Translations under genes and position numbers: made by a program
Notes under the pieces: model-generated
What the model saw: the letters and a program-made list of their open reading frames with translations, nothing else
The model's database searches: none
What the model was told of the DNA's origin: nothing
Assembly: GCA_965197745.1 (NCBI GenBank)
Contig: CBDANS010000006.1
Span: forward strand, 416,001-480,000
Source of the DNA: Opitutales bacterium
GTDB lineage: Bacteria; Verrucomicrobiota; Verrucomicrobiia; Opitutales; PNEW01
DNA length: 64,000 bases
Direction of reading: 5' to 3'
Part shown: one piece after another, positions 21,055 to 29,477 of the stretch
How the letters are laid out: each line of letters begins with the position of its first letter
Position numbering within the stretch: the first letter of the stretch is position 1

Positions 21055-21231
21055 CTATTGACCGGTCCGCTGACGATATCGTTTTGCCTGGTCGGGATCG
21101 ACTTTCTTCATACGTTTAAGCAAGTCATCCGTATTCGGCTTATTAACCTTGGGCTCTCGGGGCCCATCCCCGTCGCCCCCTCCCCCCGGTGACGGGTTCG
21201 TGGGTTTAACTTTTCGGGTGGGATCTGGCAT
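21055..21231 (-). CDS. ubact: Ubiquitin-like modifier UBact, 58 aa (below the ORF-track cutoff)
   Basis: Manual translation: MPDPTRKVKPTNPSPGGGGDGDGPREPKVNKPNTDDLLKRMKKVDPDQAKRYRQRTGQ*. LLKRM..VDP.QA.RYRQRTG(Q/E) C-terminus; sits in the pup position between dop and prcB. Confidence 0.93.
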   Translation of the reverse strand: MPDPTRKVKPTNPSPGGGGDGDGPREPKVNKPNTDDLLKRMKKVDPDQAKRYRQRTGQ

Positions 21232-21249
21232 ATTCTATATTATAGCGTA

Positions 21250-22773
21250 TTAAATATTCCTTGCAAACGGCAGTTGCGCTAAATCTTCAACTTCACTTGC
21301 CTTTTTAATTACCGCAACTCCCTCATTTATTGATTCAATATCAAATAGATCACGGAGGCTGAGTTCAATCTTTTTTACATCACCTTCGATTCGAACATGG
21401 TCCCATTGCGCGCTCGTGATACGAGAGCCGAATTTTTCAATACAGACGCCACGAATCAGGGCCCGCGTATCGGGTGGTGGGGTTAAAGTGTCACTCATTA
21501 TCTGTTTATGTGGATAGGGCAAGGTGAAAGCTCCCTGATCCAGCAGCGCATAATATAGACCTTCCTGGGGATCCATGCGGTGATATTCGAGATCCAGGCT
21601 TCGTAACCATTCAGATTTTTCATCAATATTTTCAGCTTCGCGAAACGATTCGATAAGCTTATGTTTTGCCGACCAATCGAGACGATCAGAAGTCGTCAGT
21701 GGATTGTTTTCAAGATCGTCCAGGACCTTTTCCCATGCCTCAATAATTCCCGACCAGTCTTCATCCATTGCGTCATTTAACTGACGGACCCGTTCAAGAT
21801 AACTTCGCTGGACGTCAATGGCGTTACTCGTCCTCCCATCGGAGAGACGAACCATCCATTTCCAATGGGGATCACGTGATATGGATTTAAGGGCGTGAAG
21901 AGGATCTTCAAGTTGTGGTATCTTTTCAAGTGACATCTTATTAGTTAAACACTTCAGGACGAGGGCCGTGGTTCCGACTTTCAGCCATGTGGCATAGGGC
22001 GAGAGATTGGCATCGCCGATGATCACATGAAAGCGTCGCCATTTACTTTCATCAGCATGCGGTTCGTCTCGCGTATTAATAATAGGGCGTCGCTGCATCG
22101 TATCGATACTTTGCAGCTCAGAAAAAAAATCACTGCGTTGACAGAGTTGAAACCCCGATTGCACATATTTATCTTCCGCTTCCCAGCCGTATTTACCCGC
22201 ACCACAAAAAATTTGTCGCGTCACAAAAAATGCCTGTATGCCCTGAGCCAGTATTTCCCATGGTAATTCTCGAGGGAGTAGATAATTCTCGTGGCACCCA
22301 TAACTGTGACCCTGAAAATCAGTATTGTTTTTATAGAGGATGACAGGGTTTTCGGTCGTCTTATTAATGGCTTGCGCGCAGCTGATAAGAAGCTGGTCTC
22401 CACTGTAATCCTGTTGAAGAAGCTGCCTCAAAGTACGGCATTCAGGAGTGCAGTACTCCGGGTGCGCATGATCATTGTAAAAACGGGCCCCATTTTTCAA
22501 AACCAGGTCACTTTTTATTTCCCCAAAAGAGAGCGGGCGGGCGGCATCCTGCGCAAAGTAGTTCGCTTCATCAAAATCCTGTTTCAGCTTATCGACGCGA
22601 AATCCACGAGCGTCCTGATGGGGATCCTCGTAGTGATAGTCCCACCGCATACGAATCCCGGGAGCCGTCGCGCTTCGCACCAGATCAATTGACTCTGCTA
22701 CAACATCGATCCCCTCAGGATCCTGCCGCGTAATACCATACTCCGTTTCCAGACCAAAAAGAATTTCCGCCAT
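21250..22773 (-). CDS. dop: Deamidase/depupylase Dop (PafA2)
   Basis: GLETEYG, Dop loop RWDY..EDP..DARGF, NGARFYNDHAHPEYCTPEC, SYGCHENY, RPIINTRDEPHAD, RRFHVIIGDAN. Confidence 0.92.
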   Translation of the reverse strand: MAEILFGLETEYGITRQDPEGIDVVAESIDLVRSATAPGIRMRWDYHYEDPHQDARGFRVDKLKQDFDEANYFAQDAARPLSFGEIKSDLVLKNGARFYNDHAHPEYCTPECRTLRQLLQQDYSGDQLLISCAQAINKTTENPVILYKNNTDFQGHSYGCHENYLLPRELPWEILAQGIQAFFVTRQIFCGAGKYGWEAEDKYVQSGFQLCQRSDFFSELQSIDTMQRRPIINTRDEPHADESKWRRFHVIIGDANLSPYATWLKVGTTALVLKCLTNKMSLEKIPQLEDPLHALKSISRDPHWKWMVRLSDGRTSNAIDVQRSYLERVRQLNDAMDEDWSGIIEAWEKVLDDLENNPLTTSDRLDWSAKHKLIESFREAENIDEKSEWLRSLDLEYHRMDPQEGLYYALLDQGAFTLPYPHKQIMSDTLTPPPDTRALIRGVCIEKFGSRITSAQWDHVRIEGDVKKIELSLRDLFDIESINEGVAVIKKASEVEDLAQLPFARNI

Positions 22774-22791
22774 GAGCGTCCAAGGCTAAAT

Positions 22792-24498
22792 CTATACAGC
22801 CGAGCTATGGTCCTCCCCTGATTTTCTCTTATAAGGGTTGAGGCGCACAATGTTAGACGGGTCGAAATCTGTCAACTTAAGCCAGTCTTCTGTGATATCA
22901 GAGGGCGGAAATAATTCGTTTTCCTTATATTCCTTTTCGAAAGCCTCCAGGAGATCATCGATGGAAATGGGAGACGGTGATTCACCACCCTCTTTTATTG
23001 AACGCTTAATGGCGTATTCCTTAGCACGCTCGACAATGGCCGCGATGACCGCGCCGCTGGCCAGATCACCACGATAGAGATGCTCCTGCTTGCCGCTTCG
23101 GTAGGTAACTTCAAGAAATCGGTTCGTCTCGGTCTTCTCGTAATGGGCTTTGACAATTTGATCAATGAGTTCTTCTTGCGGTTTTGCTAAAGGCAGTGAT
23201 TCTTCGATATAGATGCCATATATTTCTCGCGCTGCTTCCGCGTCAGGCCGCTTAACCCCGATTTTACGATCTATGCGTCCCGGACGCAGTATCGCCGGAT
23301 CAATTAAATCAGCCCGATTAGAGGCGAGAATAATGACGACATTTTTCAATGCTTCCATGCCATCCATCTCCGCACAGAACATCGGGACAAGGGTGGAAAC
23401 AATATTATTACCCGAGCGATAGGCGCTGCGCGTGCCAAGAATCGATTCCGCTTCATCGATAAAAAGAAAAGCGAGTTGACCCTCGGATGCCTTTTCACGA
23501 CATTGCATAAAGAGATCGCGGACCTGCCGCTCAGATTCACCAAGCCACATATTGAGAATTTCCGGTCCCTTAACATGGAGAAAAATCTCCGGATGGTCTT
23601 CTCCGGTATGCGTTAGGATCTGCTGCCGGAGGTTATGGGCGGTAGCTTTGCCCATCAGGGTCTTACCGCAGCCCGGTGGACCGTAGAGGAGAAATCCTTT
23701 AGGTGCTGGATGATTGTAGCGCTCGAAGAGATGAGCATGTAAAAAAGGTAATTCAATCGTATCGCGGATCGCCTCGATGGCCTCCTTCTGGCCACCAACC
23801 GCATCCCAGGGGACGCGTTCAACCGTAGCGAGACTGCGTTCGATTCTTTTTGCTTGTCCAATAATTTCAACTACGACTCTTTGATTGGGATCGAGTCGCA
23901 CATCCATTCCCGTTTTTAATTTTTCTTTGGAAAGCAGGCTGGATCGCAGGGCGGTGATGTCCGCCAGTCCGTGTTCGGAGCCAACACGGATACGCCCGTC
24001 ATGCATTATTTCCTGGATGCGCACAATGGGACCGCTTTTGTCCAATCCGAAAGAGTCGATTACGGCAAAGGCTTCATTTAGGAGGACCCGCATTCCTGTT
24101 TCAAGAACCGCATCTGGCAATGAAGGATCCACATTGCAAAGATAATCGGTGCCATTAGCACACACCATGGCGCGGTCCGCTCCCACGCGTTGAATAAGGG
24201 TGGCCAGACGCAGTGCAGGTGAACGCAATTTGTTAACCGCTTCACTCAATTGCTCGACCGCACTGCGTGCCTGATCCTGAAGCTCTTCCATTTCCTCAAT
24301 ACGATCACGAAGCAATTTGATTTCATACCCGTCTTCGGCCTGAATGTATAGTTTTTTTGCGATACGATCAAAAAGCTGTAAAGCAGAGAGACGATTGGGG
24401 TTTATATCCTCCTCTTCAGTCTCATCAAATGGCTCTCGTTCGTCTGAGAAAGGATCATCCTCAGGCAAATTTCCATCAGGATCATTATTTTTTTTCAC
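22792..24498 (-). CDS. arc: Proteasomal AAA+ ATPase ARC/Mpa
   Basis: Coiled coil and OB-like N-region, GPPGCGKT, KGPEILNMWLGESER, FIDE, SNRADLIDPAILRPGRID, LEVTYRSG..E.LY..D..SGA. Confidence 0.92.
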   Translation of the reverse strand: MKKNNDPDGNLPEDDPFSDEREPFDETEEEDINPNRLSALQLFDRIAKKLYIQAEDGYEIKLLRDRIEEMEELQDQARSAVEQLSEAVNKLRSPALRLATLIQRVGADRAMVCANGTDYLCNVDPSLPDAVLETGMRVLLNEAFAVIDSFGLDKSGPIVRIQEIMHDGRIRVGSEHGLADITALRSSLLSKEKLKTGMDVRLDPNQRVVVEIIGQAKRIERSLATVERVPWDAVGGQKEAIEAIRDTIELPFLHAHLFERYNHPAPKGFLLYGPPGCGKTLMGKATAHNLRQQILTHTGEDHPEIFLHVKGPEILNMWLGESERQVRDLFMQCREKASEGQLAFLFIDEAESILGTRSAYRSGNNIVSTLVPMFCAEMDGMEALKNVVIILASNRADLIDPAILRPGRIDRKIGVKRPDAEAAREIYGIYIEESLPLAKPQEELIDQIVKAHYEKTETNRFLEVTYRSGKQEHLYRGDLASGAVIAAIVERAKEYAIKRSIKEGGESPSPISIDDLLEAFEKEYKENELFPPSDITEDWLKLTDFDPSNIVRLNPYKRKSGEDHSSAV

Positions 24499-24635
24499 GG
24501 GAAAAAATTATCTATAAATAATATTCAAGTGTTACGATTATGAAATTCAGGATGTTCTACCGCATCTTATGGTATAAATAAACAAAAATCAAAAAATTTA
24601 CGAGTGATGCATAATCTACAGCTCATGTATCGTTT

Positions 24636-25883
24636 TCATTCTTTAACACTCATACTTAATTGAATTCTCGCTCCCTTGTATTCATAAAAATCATTTAATC
24701 CGGTCGCAACACTTTGCTCCAGTAAAGCTATCGATCCGTTATAGTCACCCCTTAATTGACGCAGTTGAGCGGCATAAAAAAATGCTTCACAACGGTATCC
24801 TTCTACTTTCTCCGGGTCGTCGCTCTCACTCGCCTCGGCGATCAGAGTTTCTTCATCGATCTCACCGAGTATAAAATGAATCAACTTCTCATACCAGGTG
24901 TTGATAGCTTCATGACCCTTTTCCCGTCTGTTATAATAGCTTGTCAACTCGGCATCCGCGGCATCAGGTTGACCGAGTTGTGTTTCCACTAACCAGATCC
25001 AGAGTTGCACATAGTCAAGCGCCTCTTGTTCCTGTAATATTTTCTGGCATTCACGCATGTCATTCAGTGCCTTTTTAGATTTTCCCTGGACATACGCAAT
25101 AAAGCCTCGCATTAACAAGGCCCCGTCAGATCGGATCGACGTTTTAATCGCCTTGTCAAATTCCCGCATCGCTTTCGTAATATCGCCCGTCTCAAGATGA
25201 AGATTGCCGCGCAGATAATAGGCTTTTGCATAGCCTGGAAAACGTTCAATCGTTTCCGTGTAATCACTCATTGCTCCTTTCAGATCACCCAGTTTCTCCA
25301 GGGTTTTGCCTCTTCCCGCAAGATATGACGGCTCATCTGAATTCAGTGCCAGGGCAGATGAGTAATCCGCAACGGCGCCCGTATAATCCTTTAGATCATA
25401 TTTTGTCTGCGCCCTTAAATAATAAGGCTCGGTGTTTTCGGGATTCACCCGAATCGCTTCCGAAAAATCAATGAGCGCCGCATCGGTATCCTTTTTTTCA
25501 AGACTGATAAGCCCTCGCTTGACATAAGCGCGTGATAAGGTGGGATCAATTCGGATCGCTGTGGTGAAGTCATCGATGGCATAATCCGTCTCCTTCATTT
25601 TCTGACGCGTGATTCCCCGATTGAGAAAAGCGTCTGCATTTAAAGGATCAAGACGTATTGCTTCATTGTAATCTAAGATCGCGCCCTGGTAGTCATTCAT
25701 TTCCCGCATTTCATTTCCCCGCTGCACGTGACGCACTGAGCGCGATTCATCAGACGCCCCATACAGTGGCCCACCACTCTTAAAAAAGAATCCCAGGATC
25801 CCCGCTGCGCAGATCAGAATAGTAATTTTGGAGCGCCCTTTAAAATTCGGGGGCATCTTTTTAAATATGGGGTTGAATCGCAT
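24636..25883 (-). CDS. TPR-repeat protein, NlpI-like, probably exported
   Basis: Repeated A..D...AI.L.P....A...RG units; C-terminal CEAFFYAAQ...FYEY resembles NlpI; hydrophobic N-terminus. Confidence 0.8.
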   Translation of the reverse strand: MRFNPIFKKMPPNFKGRSKITILICAAGILGFFFKSGGPLYGASDESRSVRHVQRGNEMREMNDYQGAILDYNEAIRLDPLNADAFLNRGITRQKMKETDYAIDDFTTAIRIDPTLSRAYVKRGLISLEKKDTDAALIDFSEAIRVNPENTEPYYLRAQTKYDLKDYTGAVADYSSALALNSDEPSYLAGRGKTLEKLGDLKGAMSDYTETIERFPGYAKAYYLRGNLHLETGDITKAMREFDKAIKTSIRSDGALLMRGFIAYVQGKSKKALNDMRECQKILQEQEALDYVQLWIWLVETQLGQPDAADAELTSYYNRREKGHEAINTWYEKLIHFILGEIDEETLIAEASESDDPEKVEGYRCEAFFYAAQLRQLRGDYNGSIALLEQSVATGLNDFYEYKGARIQLSMSVKE

Positions 25884-26090
25884 AAGTTGATGCCCAGTTC
25901 ATAGGTATTTTCAACATTGATCAATACACTAGACGACAATACCGTAATAATGTTTCGTCTCGCCACCAGGATTGTATAATTTCGTTATAAGTCCGATCTC
26001 TCCTCTTTGGAAATTGTGTTCGGGTCATGACCGTGGAGAATTCTTTGTTATATCATTGAAAGAGTAAGCGCTATATCTTCAAATCTTCCT

Positions 26091-26507
26091 ATGATTAAAA
26101 TTACCGCAGATTATCAGGGTGAATTACATTGTCAGGCTATTCATGGTCCCTCAGGTTGCAAGATTACTACTGATGCCCCGGTCGATAACCAGGGTCGCGG
26201 TGAAAGCTTTTCCCCTACGGATCTATGCGCTGCCGCTCTTGCCACATGTATGGCAACAATTATGGGAATACAGTCGGGAAAAATGGGCATCGATCTTAAA
26301 GGTATGAAAATTGAAGTAACTAAGGAAATGGCCGCCGATAGTCCACGCCGTATTGCCCGTCTCCCCGTCGAATTCTGGATCCCCGGTTCCCTCACCAAAG
26401 AACAGAAAGCTGCTCTTCACCATGCTGCTGAAAACTGCCCCGTTCATCTCAGCCTCCATCCAGATATAGATAAACCCATTCTCTTTCACTGGGTCGACGA
26501 AGACTGA
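26091..26507 (+). CDS. OsmC-family protein
   Basis: TDAPVDNQGRGESFSPTDL..AL.TC and AENCPVH (two conserved Cys). Confidence 0.9.
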   Translation: MIKITADYQGELHCQAIHGPSGCKITTDAPVDNQGRGESFSPTDLCAAALATCMATIMGIQSGKMGIDLKGMKIEVTKEMAADSPRRIARLPVEFWIPGSLTKEQKAALHHAAENCPVHLSLHPDIDKPILFHWVDED

Positions 26508-26513
26508 TCCAAT

Positions 26514-29465
26514 ATGTCCTCCTCTCTTCGCCTCTACTTGGCTTCCAGCTTCGAACAAGCCTGGGTAGAGGTGCTCGTCCCCTGGTTTAAGAAAGCCGTC
26601 TCTCACGCCTCTCAAAACACTCTACCTTGCGCTGCCGTTGTCCCTTCTCACGCTCTTGCCAGTCTTCTCAAAGCGCGTCTCGTCGAGGCAAATATCCCTC
26701 TTTATAATATCTATTTGTGGACCCCGGAGGACTTGGGAAAATACCTGCGTACTATTTATTTAAGCAGTAAAAAAATTGCGCTGCGGGAGGATTTGCGTCT
26801 GCTTATGTCTGCCGCCGCAGATGAGTTTTCAAACCAACCTGCCGCTAATGCTGTCGCTTCCAACCCTGACGATCTTCTCCTCGCTTACGATACCCTTTTG
26901 CGGGCCGCTCACGATAAAATGTCACTGACTAGTGAATTAGGTCGTGGGATACTCTCCCGATTTGAGAAAATGCTCACCCAATCGGGGCTTTTGAGTGAAC
27001 CACAAGCGGAACGCTTAATGGCCGAAGGCCATGCAGAAGAAGGGCGCTTAATCTCACTCCTCCTTTATGGATTTGGCGGTCGTGAATGGCGTTATTTATC
27101 GCTCTTGCAGGCGGCAAAAAAATCAGCTGAAAAAGTTACCCTATGTCTGTCTGATAGTCGATGTGAGAGCGATCGTTTATGGCAGGCGACGTTGGAGGAG
27201 ATTTATGGTGAGGTGCAACTCGTTTCCAATCCGGAGGAAGATACAAAATCCCCCTTCAGGATCACGGCTCAATTATTAGAATTAGATAGTCGAGGCGAAT
27301 TCGAGCCGGATCAAAATCCTGTCATCTATAGAATCGCTGCGAACATAAGAGAGGAAGCCATAGCCGTCGTCGCACAGGGATTACAATTTTTGATGCAGCC
27401 CAATTGCCGTCGTCTTGGTATTGTTCTCCCTAAACATTCAGCAGTAGCACGGGAAGTATCAGCCTGTCTGATTCAGTTTGAAATACCCCACCATGATACG
27501 ATCGGGCATTACCCTGTGCAACCGGATCGACAGGCACTTCTCAATCGATGGCTGGATTTTCAAAACGATCCTCGATTATCCCCTATTATAAGTTTTCTTC
27601 ACTTATGTCGGGAGCAACATATAGTCACGGTGGTAGACGCCATCAAAATCGAAGCTTATATTAAACGGACCTATGAAACATTAATGACCGATGACTTTAG
27701 GGTAATACGTTCCTGGCTGCATGATAACGAACCTGAGGGAGTCGGTTCGATTTTTTTGGATTCCTGGCAGCTGCTCCCCACACATGCCACGATGGTTGAC
27801 TTTCTCACTTTATCGGTCGATGCCCTCAGCGCTCTCGGCTGGAAAAGTGAAGTAGAGAGCTTGCCGTCGAATACCCCCAGTTTGAGCAAAGTCCTCAACA
27901 CCCCGATCGACCGTCGCCATTTTCTTAAATGGCTGGGTGATATATTGCGCACCCCTGGCCGCAATCGCCACCCCTTAGGGCGCCATTCGCTCTCGCCGCT
28001 TCAGCTCCTCTCCTATGATCAAATTGGGGATCAATCTTTCAGTCACCTGGTTTTAGCCGGTTTAAACCAAGGGGCATGGCCATTTGAAACCCCCACCAAC
28101 CTGTTTCTCTCGGACACCCATCTGGACAGGTTGAATAGAACCGTTGTTCAACAGGGTTCCCAAGGTGAAGGGCATCAGGTAGTGATAAAAGGGCGGGGAT
28201 ATCTTCTCACGATGGAAGAAAAGCGGTTACAGGCGAAAGCTGAATTTATAAACCTCCTTGAAACGGTGAGTGAAGGGTTAGCGGTTTCTGCCAGTTTATC
28301 AGCAGAAAATGATTTCAATCAATCAGCGTTGGTCAGCGATCTTCTTCTGAGACTTTACTGGGCAGATCGTGGTTCCTTTCTCGATGATCGACAAATGCAG
28401 AGCATAAGTCGTGAAACAGCCGCACGGTGTGAAAAGTTCAGTCAGTTGCTCCCTGAGAGGACACCGGGCATCGAACGCATGCTGCATGCATTTAATATTC
28501 GACGAGACCTCAATAAACCATTCGGGGAATTTGAATTCAGTTTTCAATCTCCACCTCGGGGAGGCATCCGATTATCTTGTAAAAGATTTGAAGATATTCT
28601 CAGGAGACCGGCTGCGGTATGGTTGGAGAGTGTACTACAGGCACGCAAACCGTCGGATTATAACCAGTCAATCCAGCTGCCGTTAGTGATTGGGAACTGG
28701 GTGCATCGATGGTTGCGTTTTTCCTTAATCCAGGGATTTTCCCCTATCCTGAAAGAGGAGGAGTGGGAAGCTAAAGTGTATGATCACGCCCATTCTCTTC
28801 GTGACAATGTAGCCCGTGCCTACGCAAAAGCGGACCGTGAATTGCCGGACTGGTGGAACGCATGCTGGTCCGAGGCTTTTCATTATGGGAAAAACCTGGT
28901 GAATTGTGTTTCTCAAGTAGAGGGATGGCCTTTCGTTGCTGCTGAATTTAATTTACCTGAAAATACAGTTGGACTCGCCGGCGATGATATTCAACTGCCA
29001 TTGAGTGGTCGTATAGACCTGGTGTTGTCCACAGAGTGTATTTCCGATATTCGAAAAAAAAATGAGTTTACAAATAATACGCAATTTTGGGTTGTCGATT
29101 TCAAAACGGGAAACGACAAAGCGCTCAGCACTTCGTTACTAAAGAAAGGTGAAGGGGTGCAAATTGCCCTCTATGCGCTGGCGCTCCACTCCAGGGGATG
29201 TAATAAAATCTGGGCCAGTACACTGCAACCTAATGGTGAACTGAGTAAACAATTGAGTCTCGAAAATATATTGGAACTTGGGGATCTGTGGGAAGGACTC
29301 GCCGCTATTCAACATAGCGGTGTATTCGGAATGACAGGGCCAATCTATTCCCGTTTCGCTTTCGTCGGTGATTACCCCATCGCGACCCTTTCAATCAGCG
29401 AAGATATTCTCAATGCTAAATGGAATATGTCTCATCCGCTCCTAACCCTCACACAGGGATCCTGA
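26514..29465 (+). CDS. AddB/RexB-like subunit with C-terminal PD-(D/E)XK nuclease
   Basis: LAGLNQGAWP helicase-remnant motif; GRIDLV...VVDFKTG...QIALYAL RecB-type nuclease; directly upstream of the AddA-like gene. Confidence 0.75.
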   Translation: MSSSLRLYLASSFEQAWVEVLVPWFKKAVSHASQNTLPCAAVVPSHALASLLKARLVEANIPLYNIYLWTPEDLGKYLRTIYLSSKKIALREDLRLLMSAAADEFSNQPAANAVASNPDDLLLAYDTLLRAAHDKMSLTSELGRGILSRFEKMLTQSGLLSEPQAERLMAEGHAEEGRLISLLLYGFGGREWRYLSLLQAAKKSAEKVTLCLSDSRCESDRLWQATLEEIYGEVQLVSNPEEDTKSPFRITAQLLELDSRGEFEPDQNPVIYRIAANIREEAIAVVAQGLQFLMQPNCRRLGIVLPKHSAVAREVSACLIQFEIPHHDTIGHYPVQPDRQALLNRWLDFQNDPRLSPIISFLHLCREQHIVTVVDAIKIEAYIKRTYETLMTDDFRVIRSWLHDNEPEGVGSIFLDSWQLLPTHATMVDFLTLSVDALSALGWKSEVESLPSNTPSLSKVLNTPIDRRHFLKWLGDILRTPGRNRHPLGRHSLSPLQLLSYDQIGDQSFSHLVLAGLNQGAWPFETPTNLFLSDTHLDRLNRTVVQQGSQGEGHQVVIKGRGYLLTMEEKRLQAKAEFINLLETVSEGLAVSASLSAENDFNQSALVSDLLLRLYWADRGSFLDDRQMQSISRETAARCEKFSQLLPERTPGIERMLHAFNIRRDLNKPFGEFEFSFQSPPRGGIRLSCKRFEDILRRPAAVWLESVLQARKPSDYNQSIQLPLVIGNWVHRWLRFSLIQGFSPILKEEEWEAKVYDHAHSLRDNVARAYAKADRELPDWWNACWSEAFHYGKNLVNCVSQVEGWPFVAAEFNLPENTVGLAGDDIQLPLSGRIDLVLSTECISDIRKKNEFTNNTQFWVVDFKTGNDKALSTSLLKKGEGVQIALYALALHSRGCNKIWASTLQPNGELSKQLSLENILELGDLWEGLAAIQHSGVFGMTGPIYSRFAFVGDYPIATLSISEDILNAKWNMSHPLLTLTQGS

Positions 29466-29477
29466 AAACACAATTCC

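Noticed and set aside
21055..21231. Calling the small gene actinobacterial Pup
   Set aside because: It lacks the GG(E/Q) tail and acidic character of Pup; its sequence fits UBact
24636..25883. TPR protein as a proteasome adaptor
   Set aside because: It looks exported and NlpI-like, and is separated from arc by a 137-nt AT-rich gap; only adjacency supports a link
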